Origin: Thalia democratica
Lineage: Eukaryota
Direction: 5' to 3'
Length of the DNA: 64,000 nucleotides
Assembly: GCA_965202585.1 (NCBI GenBank)
Contig: OZ241831.1
Coordinates: forward strand, 49,910,001 to 49,974,000
Positions within the stretch are counted from its first letter, which is position 1. Each line of letters opens with the position of its first letter. Shown in pieces: positions 11,278-22,018 of the stretch. The notes beneath the pieces are model-generated. The model worked only from the letters and a program-made list of their open reading frames with translations, searched no databases and was not told where the DNA came from. The position numbers and the translations under genes were made by a program.

Positions 11278-12835
11278 GTAAGCTTTTGGTAAACTGTAAC
11301 TTGGATTTCGTTTTTATTGAATACTGTCAGTCACACCTAAATGTCAGCCAGTTACATCTAAAAACATTTTGTTCGTCAGTCTACAAACAGCTTAATTATA
11401 TTTTATAACATTTTTTAAATACTTAGTGTAGCATTTAAACTGAGTAAAAGAAAGACATCCGTTAAAATTGTTTTCTTGTTGCAACAAACAAACTTTGTAG
11501 AAGTAAATTCAACATTCAACTGTTTTTGTTTATAATTTATAATTATTTCGATGTTAACACTTCTATAAATTTGAAGTTTTATAAAAACTGAACTTGTCTA
11601 CCTACTTATTATTTTTATGATTAAATGTTACAATGTGATATTTATATAAACTCACAAAAATGATTTTTACTTAATTAATTTTATTTTGATTTTTAATTTA
11701 CTTGATTAATGAGTTTTTAACCTACTACATATAAGTAAAACATAATTCAATTTTTATCGTTTTACTTTGGCTTTATATTAATAGAACATGATTTTTAAAC
11801 AAAAGTTTGTTTTAAATAAAGTAAGTTTATTTGAAATAGCTTAAACATTACAAACTAAATTACATCGAAAATAACATACCGCGGCAAATATATTATAAGT
11901 AAGCCCCTTAAATAAGTAAGGTGTAATAAGGTGTAAAATAAAATACTATAATTTTAAATTTCGTTTTTCATTAGGAAATAGTATAATACGTTTTTCATTA
12001 TTGCTTTTATCCTTAATGCTGTAAGATGTTTACATTTTAACTGATTTTATGTCAGCATACAATACATTAATACAGAGGTTGTTTTTGAAATTTAAATTAA
12101 TTGTAAAACTTATTTTAAATATTTACTTTGACATTGCATATTTTTTAGCTGTGGCTTAATTTTTTAAAACATACACTTATTTTAAATAAACATTTAAAAA
12201 TTGATTTATAAATGCTATATCAAACTATAAGTTTTGCTACTTTCTTATACATAGTAATTTACAAAATGTATAATACATTTTCTAGTACAAAATGAATTTC
12301 AGCATAAAGTAAATGTTCTTAATTTTTTAGATATAAAACTATAAAAATGACATTAAGTTTTGATAAAAGCATTTTGCAAATTTAAAACGTTGGAGTTGAC
12401 CTTTAAAATTATCGCACCTTTGGAATTTTGAGATTGTTTTAAAGATTAACTTTCGTTTAAGTACAATTTACACCAGTTTACAAACAATGAAAAGTCTTGT
12501 ATTTGAAAAAATCCTTGACCGAACGCTTACAACATTTGCCAGTTGTTAAAGTAAATTGCTTGAAAGCTTATAGTTAATACTTTGATTAGTATATTTCTAT
12601 TAAGACAATAATTGCAGTATTTATTTAAAATACGAAACTATTTTATACAGCTGGACGGTTTTAAATTAAACTTAAAAACCTCAAAATATCAAGTAATTAG
12701 CTTTGCAAAAAAGTTGTTTAATTTTGTTTCGCTCTTAAAACAACGCTCATAAAAAACTGTTTTTAAGAGTTTAAAGACATAAACAAAGCAAACAAAACTT
12801 GAAAATGATTGTTTTATTTTCTTTATGTTAACCAG

Positions 12836-12950
12836 AATTTTTCAACTCTGTTTGAACCACTTTGCAGTTATCTTATTACCAGATGGTCAAATAAATTTCC
12901 CCTGCACTGATAGAAGAGTTTTCATTAGTAATTTTTCATTTCAAAACACA
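12836..12950 (+). CDS. Spliced gene A, exon 4 (IFQLCLNHFAVILLPDGQINFPCTDRRVFISNFSFQNT)
   Basis: Strong polypyrimidine acceptor tttattttctttatgttaaccAG, donor GTAAGT. Only one frame is open (phase 2/0). Confidence 0.7.
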
Positions 12951-13159
12951 GTAAGTGGTATAAAAACTTTTGCACACAAAATTTACTTTACACATTAAAG
13001 TCTTTCTACGGTTTTGAAAAATATTAATTGTATGATTAATTAATATAAAAATGTATAAACTTAACTTTACCGAAACCGCAAATATTTTTTACTAAGTTAA
13101 CAAGCCACAAATATGTATCAATAGACCATAAACTTGAAATACATATACGTTTTTACTAG

Positions 13160-13194
13160 TTAAAGTTGTCATGGTATAAAAAGCTCTTGTCTAT
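13160..13194 (+). CDS. Spliced gene A, exon 5 (LKLSWYKKLLS)
   Basis: Acceptor gtttttactAG, donor GTAAGG. Only one frame is open (phase 0/2). Confidence 0.65.
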
Positions 13195-13379
13195 GTAAGG
13201 ACAATATGTTTTTTCGATATACTTTCTTTTTGTTAGCTGTTAAAGTTTGTATATAAATAATTGTAAAACTTTGATTTGTTTTGCTTATAACTTGATAAAA
13301 TTAAAGTGAAAAGTTATAAAAGTTTGAATAGTTTTTTCAAACATTTTACTTTGAAAAAATTTAATTTAAATTTTACCAG

Positions 13380-13417
13380 CACTAAGTACTTTGATAGTAA
13401 TAGAAAGAGTTTTAAAC
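13380..13417 (+). CDS. Spliced gene A, exon 6 (TKYFDSNRKSFK)
   Basis: Acceptor tttaaattttaccAG, donor GTAAGT, phase 2/1, open. Confidence 0.6.
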
Positions 13418-14024
13418 GTAAGTTAACTATTATTTGAAACTATTTAGTTAAAAATAATGCTTAATACATAACATTTATGACTAGTATATATATCTAATTA
13501 GTAATTAAAAGTGTTGTTTCAAGAGTATATTGTATGTTTCAATTCAAAAAACACTTATTTACGCAGAAATGTGTGAGTACAAACTAAAATTAAGTGTTAA
13601 AATTTCTTAATTTATATAGCTTTATTTATATTTTTTGAATAACTGAAAAATTATACAAATAACGTTTAATGCAATTTACGATAACACTGATGTTTCCAAT
13701 TACGTTTTATTATTTTTTTCATTAGTGCTTTCTACAAAATTATTAAAAATACTGTAAAGTTTTGTACGTTTTGCGCAACATTTGTACTACAAAGTACAAA
13801 GAAAAACAATATTTTTTAATCGTTCATATTATTTTGAGATTAAAACACTACTTGTGTGATACTATATAAAAATTAAAGTGGTATAAATATGAATATTAAG
13901 TCGTTTTTAGTTAATTTAATGAATAAACGTTGAGAAATAAAACTTATATAGCTAGTATGTTGTAAAATAGAACTAATAGAGTTTATTTTATATAATTTTT
14001 ACGTTCTTTTTAAATGTTACTTAG

Positions 14025-14064
14025 AATTTGAAATCTACAATCTATTAGTATCAATAATACTACT
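14025..14064 (+). CDS. Spliced gene A, candidate exon 7 (FEIYNLLVSIIL); alternative candidate 13726-13753
   Basis: AG/GTTAGT boundaries, phase 1/2. Ambiguous because another interval gives the same phases. Confidence 0.3.
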
Positions 14065-14255
14065 GTTAGTTAATGCTTAAAGCTTTGTTTTTTTAAAAAA
14101 CAGCAAAAACAGATTAACAAGTAAAGTTTCATTCTACTACCTAAATGATCTATAAACTAAATAATTTTTGGTAAATATGTTGCTATACATTAAAAAAAAC
14201 GTAGACAAATATTTTTTCATCTAGTACAGTATTATTTAAAAGAATAAAACTTTAG

Positions 14256-14329
14256 CGTCCTGGACAAGACGTTAGACTGTATCCAAGTAGTGTGCGACTC
14301 GATAACCAAAAGGGTTTTTCGTGCACCAG
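14256..14329 (+). CDS. Spliced gene A, candidate exon 8 (VLDKTLDCIQVVCDSITKRVFRAP)
   Basis: GC-rich island with C-ending codons like the progenitor ORF. Acceptor aaactttAG, weak donor AG/GTCAAA. If unspliced the frame stops at 14431-14433. Confidence 0.5.
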
Positions 14330-14730
14330 GTCAAAAGACCAAATATTTTAAATACATTATTTTTCGTTCAATGAACTATATACATACACATATTAAATAC
14401 TTTTTTTATTTGTTTTTAAAACATGCGTCGTAGTAAAAATAAATATGGACATTTTTGCTAAAAAGTACATATAATTTTAAAGTGTTATTATCTAAAATTT
14501 TGTTAAAAAAAAAAGCTTATTAATTAAAAAAAAAAATTTTGAATAAACACTTATTTCTTAAAGAAGAACAGTAAAAATTACACTAAAGCTGTTTTTGACA
14601 ATTACTGAAGTTTTATAAAAAGCGTACTAATAGCTCTAACTATAGTCAAAAAGAAATATTTTTAGTTTTTTTTTTCTTTTTAATAAAACTCATAAACAAC
14701 GTAGCAAACTCTATACAACAAAAGTGTAAA

Positions 14731-15899
14731 ATGAACGTCAAAGAAAACTGGAAGCTCTTCTCCAAATCGAACGAACGGACACAATCCAAAAAGTCTTCAG
14801 ATCCTTCCACGAACGAGGCATAGAAGAACTGTACGAAACAGTTGCAAAGTACTTCGAACTGGTGCTGAAAATTCACTCCGAAGTGCGAGCCAGCTCCGGA
14901 ACGATGAAATTTTACCTGGAGAAGCAGATGCGCGAAGTCATGTCTTCCCTGCAGGAATACTGCAACAGGATAAAATCTGTGAGGAGTTTCAGCGGGGTCA
15001 GCGTTACATTCGGTTTCGAGCAGTTTCGAGCGGAAGTCGACTTCGACTTCAGCGGCTGCGAGACTCTCATCTCGTCAGAAGATCTTCAAAAGATGCACGA
15101 GCTCAAGAACAGCGTCGACTCAGTTGAAATGAGTTTCACCGAAGGGAGTTTCTTCGACAAAGCGGCGTCCGGATTGGTTGAAATAGAGCGGGAGTGGGGC
15201 AGGCAACGGGCGTTCAAGAGGTACCTCGAGTCGCTGCTGGTTCAGTGCGAGAAACTGAACGACGTCAGAAAGCACCACGAAAAGTACATCGCCGAGCAGA
15301 AGAATTTCAAGCAGTTTTGCCGCGGCGTGGCGCTGAAGGAAGAGCACAATCGAATGCAGAAAGTCGCTTGGGAGTGGGTTTGCAGGAAGGAGGGGGAAGC
15401 CAAGCTGGAGAACGTGTTCATCGGGTACTTTTCGTTTTTTCGAAAAATTTTCTTCGTGCAGAGCAGCTTGAGAGAAGAAGACAGGATTGCGCCAAATGGT
15501 TGTTCTGTGCAGATCAACAACGGATTAAACGCGGCTACGGAAGCGTTCAAAAAGTTCAGTTCGGACAACGAGTTCTTTTTGAACAACGCCGCCATCAAGC
15601 CGAACTTTTTAGTGGACGAGCTGCTAGGTTATGAGATAAACGCCGGCAACGTACGCAACTTTTTCAACCACCGTGTGGCGCACGTGAGGAACTATTCACC
15701 CGACTACGAGTTCGACGTTCGAAACATGGTCCGTTTCGTCAACGGGGAGAGCAGAACGAAGTCCATGGTGCCTGAGGTGCAGCGAGTGAGCAGGAAGCTC
15801 GCTGCAGGTAACCACTGCAAAATTTGCTTGAGTGAAGCAGAACAGGAGTTGAACTTACTGAACAGCAAATACGACTTTGAAAACATTAAGTTGAATTAA
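14731..15899 (+). CDS. Progenitor ORF or terminal exon, unknown protein; needs one -1 frame correction near 14770-14778 for ~389 aa (track ORF 14862..15899, 345 aa)
   Basis: The frame ending at 15899 is open from 14730 with coding-like codon use. The ATG frame at 14731 (MNVKENWKLFSKSNE...) stops at 14821. From 15115 on it is homologous to every array unit. Confidence 0.75.
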
Positions 15900-16006
15900 A
15901 ACAATAACTTTCAAAGTTATTTTTATTTAATTAATAACTAAATTTCATCAATGATAAGCTAAGTAAGTATTTAGATTTTTGCAATAAGAACTTATCATGC
16001 GCCAAG

Positions 16007-17101
16007 GTGGCCAAGTCGCATTGTCTATTGATTTTATGTTGCTATAGAAATTCATTAGAACTCATAAGAAATCAATGCGTTTCGACACTGTTTCGAGGTC
16101 GTATGTTCATCGTTTTCATAAACGCCTCTTGTTTTCTTATCGAAGTAGCTATGCCGAAGCTAGTATATATACGCGTCAGTTCGGTTGGAAGTGTGAATTT
16201 GTGTGCAAAAAGTCCAGAGAAAGAGAGCTCATATATTCGAAAAGAAGAGAATTATGCAAATTTTCGGACACAATTTTTTAATGATTTTGAGTCTACACCT
16301 GAAAGAGTTAGTGAAATCGACTGCGCAGAAACGAGTTTCACCGAAGGGAGTTTCTTCGACAAAGCGGCGTCCGGATTGGTTGAAATAGAGCGGGAGTGGG
16401 GCAGGCGACGGGCGTTCAAGAGGTACCTCGAGTCGCTGCTGATCCAGTGCGAGAAACTGAACAACGTCAGAAAGCACCACGAGAAGTACATTGCCGAGCA
16501 GAAGAATTTCAAGCAGTTTTGCCGCGGCGTGGCGCTGAAGGAAGAGCACAATCGAATGCAGAAAAACGCTTGGGAGTGGGTTTGCAGGAAGGAGGGGGAA
16601 GCCAAGCTGGAGAACGTGTTCATCGGGTACTTTTCGTTTTTTCGAAAAATTTTCTTCGTGCAGAGCAGCTTGAGAGAAGAAGACAGGATCGCGCCCAATG
16701 GTTATTCTGTGCAGATCAACAACGAGTTAGACGCGGCTTCGGAAGCGTTTAAAAAGTTCAGTTCGGAAAACGAGTTCTTTTTAAACGACGCCGCCATCAA
16801 GCCGAACTTTTTAGTGGACGAGCTGCTGGGTTATGAGATAAACGCCGGCAACGTACGCAACTTTTTCAACCACCGTGTGGCGAACGTGAGCAACTATTCA
16901 CCCGACTACGAGTTCGACGTTCGAAACATGGTCCGTTTCGTCAACGGGGAGAGCAGAATGAAGTCCATGGTGCCTGAGGTGCAGCGGGTGAGCAGGAAGC
17001 TCGCTGCAGGTAACCACTGCAAAATTTGCTTGAGTGAAGCAGAACAGGAGTTGAATTTGCTGAACAGCAAATACGACTTTGAAAACATTAAGTTGAATTA
17101 A
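16007..17101 (+). CDS. Array unit U1, open from GTG 16007 / ATG 16103; first ATG out of frame (leader VNTR -17)
   Basis: ORF track 364 aa. Confidence 0.6.
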   Translation: MAKSHCLLILCCYRNSLELIRNQCVSTLFRGRMFIVFINASCFLIEVAMPKLVYIRVSSVGSVNLCAKSPEKESSYIRKEENYANFRTQFFNDFESTPERVSEIDCAETSFTEGSFFDKAASGLVEIEREWGRRRAFKRYLESLLIQCEKLNNVRKHHEKYIAEQKNFKQFCRGVALKEEHNRMQKNAWEWVCRKEGEAKLENVFIGYFSFFRKIFFVQSSLREEDRIAPNGYSVQINNELDAASEAFKKFSSENEFFLNDAAIKPNFLVDELLGYEINAGNVRNFFNHRVANVSNYSPDYEFDVRNMVRFVNGESRMKSMVPEVQRVSRKLAAGNHCKICLSEAEQELNLLNSKYDFENIKLN

Positions 17102-17198
17102 AACAATAACTTTCAAAGTTTTTTTTATTTAATTAATAACTAAATTTCATCAATGATAAGCTAAGTAAGTATTTAGATTTTTGCAATAAGAACTTATC

Positions 17199-18299
17199 AT
17201 GCGCAAAGTCGCCAAGTCGCATTGTCTATTGATTTTATGTTGCTATAGAAATTCATTAGAACTCATAAGAAATCAATGCGTTTCGACACTGTTTCGAGGT
17301 CGTATGTTCATCGTTTTCATAAACGCCTCTTGTTTTCTTATCGAAGTAGCTATGCCGAAGCTCGTATATATACGCGTCAGTTCGGTTGGAAGTGTGAATT
17401 TGTGTGCAAAAAGTCCAGAGAAAGAGAGCTCATATATTTGAAAAGAAGAGAATTATGCAAATTTTCGGACACAATTTTTTAATGATTTTGAGTCTACACC
17501 TGAAAGAGTTAGTGAAATCGACTCCGTTGAAACGAGTTTCATCGAAGGGAGTTTCTTCGACAAAGCGGCGTCCGGATTGGTTGAAATAGAGCGCGAATGG
17601 GGCACCTTCACGTTCAAGAGGCACCTCGAGTCGCTGCTGTTCCAGTGCGAGAAACTGAACAACGTCAGAAAGCACCACGGAAAGTACATCGCCGAGCAGA
17701 AAAAGTTCAAGCAGTTTTGCCGCGGCGTGGCGCTGAAGGGAGAGCACAATCGAATGCAGAAAGTCGCTTGGGAGTGGGTTTACAGGAAGGAGGGGGAAGC
17801 CAGGCTCGAGAACGTGTTCATCGGGTACTTTTCGTTTTTTCGAAAAATTTTCTTCGTGCAGAGCAGCTTGAGAGAAGAAGACAGGATTGCGCCCAATGGT
17901 TATTCTGTGAAGATCAACAACGAGTAGGACGCGGCTTCGGAAGCGTTTAAAAAGTTCAGTTCGGACAACGAGCTCTGTTTAAACGACGCCGCCATCAAGC
18001 CGAACTTTTTAGTGGACGAACTGCTGGGTTATGAGATAAACGCCGGCAACGTACGCAACTTTTTCAACCACCGTGTGGCGAACGTGAGCAACTATTCACC
18101 CGACTACGAGTTCGACGTTCGAAACATGGTCCGTTTCGTCAACGGGGAGAGCAGAATGAAGTCCATGGTGCCTGAGGTGCAGCGGGTGAGCAGGAAGCTC
18201 GCTGCAGGTAACCACTGCAAAATTTGCTTGAGTGAAGCAGAACAGGAGTTGAATTTGCTGAACAGCAAATACGACTTTGAAAACATTAAGTTAAATTAA
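17199..18299 (+). pseudogene. U2, divergent subfamily; TGA 17439, TAG 17925
   Basis: Three same-frame ORF fragments. Confidence 0.85.
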
Positions 18300-18396
18300 A
18301 ACAACAACTTTCAAAGTTTTTTTTATTTAATTATTAACTAATTTTCATCAATGATAAGCTAAGTAAGTATTTAGATTTTTGCAAAAAGAACTTATC

Positions 18397-19497
18397 ATGC
18401 GCAAAGTCGCCAAGTCGCATTGTCTATTGATTTTATGTTGCTATAGAAATTCATTAGAACTCATAAGAAATCAATGCGTTTCGACACTGTTTCGAGGTCG
18501 TATGTTCATCGTTTTCATAAACGCCTCTTATTTTCTTATCGAAGTAGCTATGCCGAAGCTCGTATATATACGCGTCAGTTCGGTTGGAAGTGTGAATTTG
18601 TGTGCAAAAAGTCCAGAGAAAGAGAGCTCATATATTTGAAAAGAAGAGAATTATGCAAATTTTCGGACACAATTTTTTAATGATTTTGAGTCTACACCTG
18701 AAAGAGTTAGTGAAATCGACTCCGTTGAAACGAGTTTCATCGAAGGGAGTTTCTTCGACAAAGCGGCGTCCGGATTGGTTGAAATAGAGCGCGAATGGGG
18801 CACCTTCACGTTCAAGAGGCACCTCGAGTCGCTGCTGTTCCAGTGCGAGAAACTGAACAACCTCAGAAAGCACCACGAAAAGTTTATCGCCGAGCAGAAA
18901 AAGTTCAAGCAGTTTTGCCGCGGCGTGGCGCTGAAGGGAGAGCACAATCGAATGCAGAAAGTCGCTTGGGAGTGGGTTTACAGGAAGGAGGGGGAAGCCA
19001 GGCTCGAGAACGTGTTCATCGGGTACTTTTCGTTTTTTCGAAAAATTTTCTTCGTGCAGAGCAGCTTGAGAGAAGAAGACAGGATTGCGCCCAACGGTTA
19101 TTCTGTGCAGATCAACAACGAGTTGGACGCGGCTTCGGAAGCGTTTAAAAAGTTCAGTTCGGACAACGAGCTCTGTTTAAACGACGCCGCCATCAAGCCG
19201 AACTTTTTAGTGGACGAACTGCTGGGTTATGAGATAAACGCCGGCAACATTTGCAACTTTTTCAACCACCGTGCGGCGCACGTGAGCAACTATTCACCCG
19301 ACTACGAGTTCGACGTTCGAAACATGGTCCGTTTCGTCAACGGGGAGAGCAGAATGAAGTCCATGGTGCCTGAGGTGCAGCGGGTGAGCAGGAAGCTCGC
19401 TGCAGGTAACCACTGCAAAATTTGCTTGAGTGAAGCAGAACGAGAGTTGAATTTACTGAACAGCAAATACGACTTTGAAAACATTAAGTTAAATTAA
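18397..19497 (+). pseudogene. U3, divergent subfamily; TGA 18637 in leader, core open
   Basis: CGA>TGA substitution. Confidence 0.8.
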
Positions 19498-19594
19498 AAC
19501 AACAACTTTCAAAGTTTTTTTTATTTAATTATTAACTAAATTTCATCAATGATAAGCTAAGTAAGTATTTAGATTTTTGCAATAAGAACTTATC

Positions 19595-20695
19595 ATGCGC
19601 AAAGTCGCCAAGTCGCATTGTCTATTGATTTTATGTTGCTATAGAAATTCATTAGAACTCATAAGAAATCAATGCGTTTCGACACTGTTTCGAGGTCGTA
19701 TGTTCATCGTTTTCATAAACGCCTCTTGTTTTCTTATCGAAGTAGCTATGCCGAAGCTCGTATATATACGCGTCAGTTCGGTTGGAAGTGTGAATTTGTG
19801 TGCAAAAAGTCCAGAGAAAGAGAGCTCATATATTTGAAAAGAAGAGAATTATGCAAATTTTCGGACACAATTTTTTAATGATTTTGAGTCTACACCTGAA
19901 AGAGTTAGTGAAATCGACTCCGTTGAAACGAGTTTCATCGAAGGGAGTTTCTTCGACAAAGCGGCGTCCGGATTGGTTGAAATAGAGCGCGAATGGGGCA
20001 CCTTCACGTTCAAGAGGCACCTCGAGTCGCTGCTGTTGCAGTGCGAGAAACTGAACAACCTCAGAAAGCACCACGGAAAGTACATCGCCGAGCAGAAAAA
20101 GTTCAAGCAGTTTTGCCGCGGCGTGGCGCTGAAGGGAGAGCACAATCGAATGCAGAAAGTCGCTTGGGAGTGGGTTTACAGGAAGGAGGGGGAAGCCAGG
20201 CTCGAGAACGTGTTCATCGGGTACTTTTCGTTTTTTCGAAAAATTTTCTTCGTGCAGAGCAGCTTGAGAGAAGAAGACAGGATTGCGCCCAATGGTTATT
20301 CTGTGCAGATCAACAACGAGTTGGACGCGGCTTCGGAAGCGTTTAAAAAGTTCAGTTCGGACAACGAGTTCTTTTTAAACGACGCCGCCATCAAGCCGAA
20401 CTTTTTAGTGGACGAACTGCTGGGTTTCGAGATAAACGCCGGCAACGTACGCAACTTTTTCAACCACCGTGTGGCGAACGTGAGCAACTATTCACCCGAC
20501 TACGAGTTCGACGTTCGAAACATGGTCCGTTTCGTCAACGGGGAGAGCAGAATGAAGTCCATGGTGCCTGAGGTGCAGCGGGTGAGCAGGAAGCTCGCTG
20601 CAGGTAACAACTGCAAAATTTGCTTGAGTGAAGCAGAGCAGGAGTTGAATTTGCTGAACAGCAAATACGACTTTGAAAACATTAAGTTGAATTAA
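19595..20695 (+). pseudogene. U4, divergent subfamily; TGA 19835 in leader, core open
   Basis: CGA>TGA substitution. Confidence 0.8.
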
Positions 20696-20792
20696 AACAA
20701 TAACTTTCAAAGTTTTTTTTATTTAATTAATAACTAAATTTCATCAATGATAAGCTAAGTAAGTATTTAGATTTTTGCAATAAGAACTTATC

Positions 20793-21911
20793 ATGCGCCA
20801 AGGTGGCCAAGTGCGCCAAGTCGCCAAGTCGCATTGTCTATTGATTTTATGTTGCTATAGAAATTCATTAGAACTCATAAGAAATCAATGCGTTTCGACA
20901 CTGTTTCGAGGTCGTATGTTCATCGTTTTCATAAACGCCTCTTGTTTTCTTATCGAAGTAGCTATGCCGAAGCTAGTATATATACGCGTCAGTTCGGTTG
21001 GAAGTGTGAATTTGTTTGCAAAAATTCCAGAGAAAGAGAGCTCATATATTCGAAAAGAAGAGAATTATGCAAATTTTCGGACACAATTTTTTAATGATTT
21101 TGAGTCTACACCTGAAAGAGTTAGTGAAATCGACTGCGCAGAAACGAGTTTCACCGAAGGGAGTTTCTTTGACAAAGCGGCGTCCGGATTGGTTGAAATA
21201 GAGCGGGAGTGGGGCAGGCAACGGGCGTTCAAGAGGTACCTCGAGTCGCTGCTGCTGCAGTGCGAGAGACTGAACAACGTCAGAAAGCACCACGAAAAGT
21301 ACATCGCCGAGCAGAAGAATTTCAAGCAATTTTGCCGCGGCGTGGCGCTGAAGGAAGAGCACAATCGAATGCGGAAAGTCGCTTGGGAGTGGGTTTACAG
21401 GAATGAGTTCTCCAAGCTGGAGAACGTGTTCATCGGGTACTTTTCGTTTTTTCGAAAAATTTTCCTCGTGCAGAGCAGCTTGAGAGAAGAAGACAGGATC
21501 GCGCCCAATGGTTATTCTGCGAAGATCAACAACGAGTTGGACGCGGCTTCGGAAGCGTTCAAAAAGTTCAGTTCGGACAACGAGTTCTTTTTAAACGACG
21601 CCGCCATCAAGTCGAACTTTTTAGTGGACGAACTGCTAGGTTATGAGATAAACGCCGGCAACGTACGCAACTTTTTCAACCACCGTGTGGCGAACGTGAG
21701 CAACTATTCACCCGACTACGAGTTCGACGTTCGAAACATGGTCCGTTTCGTCAACGGGGAGAGCAGAATGAAGTCCATGGTGCCTGAGGTGCAGCGAGTG
21801 AGCAGGAAGCTCGCTGCAGGTAACCACTGCAAAATTTGCTTGAGTGAAGCAGAACAGGAGTTGAACTTACTGAACAGCAAATACGACTTTGAAAACATTA
21901 AGTTGAATTAA
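20793..21911 (+). CDS. U5, intact 372 aa (RNEFSKLE replaces RKEGEAKLE)
   Basis: Open from ATG to stop. Confidence 0.7.
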   Translation: MRQGGQVRQVAKSHCLLILCCYRNSLELIRNQCVSTLFRGRMFIVFINASCFLIEVAMPKLVYIRVSSVGSVNLFAKIPEKESSYIRKEENYANFRTQFFNDFESTPERVSEIDCAETSFTEGSFFDKAASGLVEIEREWGRQRAFKRYLESLLLQCERLNNVRKHHEKYIAEQKNFKQFCRGVALKEEHNRMRKVAWEWVYRNEFSKLENVFIGYFSFFRKIFLVQSSLREEDRIAPNGYSAKINNELDAASEAFKKFSSDNEFFLNDAAIKSNFLVDELLGYEINAGNVRNFFNHRVANVSNYSPDYEFDVRNMVRFVNGESRMKSMVPEVQRVSRKLAAGNHCKICLSEAEQELNLLNSKYDFENIKLN

Positions 21912-22018
21912 AACAATAACTTTCAAAGTTATTTTTATTTAATTAATAACTAAATTTCATCAATGATAAGCTAAGTAAGTATTTAGATTTTCGCAATAAG
22001 AACTTATCATGCGCCAAG

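Noticed and set aside
12651-12692. Plus-strand exon candidate (LDGFKLNLKTSKYQ)
   Set aside because: Phase 0/0 cannot be placed between the phase-2 ends of exons 3 and 4. The 6-nt microexon at 13567-13572 is likewise unresolved.
15025-15055. Remote homology between the unit leader (FRTQFFNDF) and the progenitor (FRAEVDFDF)
   Set aside because: Four matching residues only, with no flanking or nucleotide similarity.
14727-15899. Ciliate or diplomonad code (TAA/TAG = Gln)
   Set aside because: The long ORF uses only CAA/CAG for Gln and ends at TAA in every copy. TAG and TAA appear only as sporadic lesions.
15953-15988. Cluster of four TAAG motifs as a baculovirus-type late promoter
   Set aside because: Short AT-rich motif that overlaps a splice donor. 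No viral core genes are present, so the match is not discriminating.
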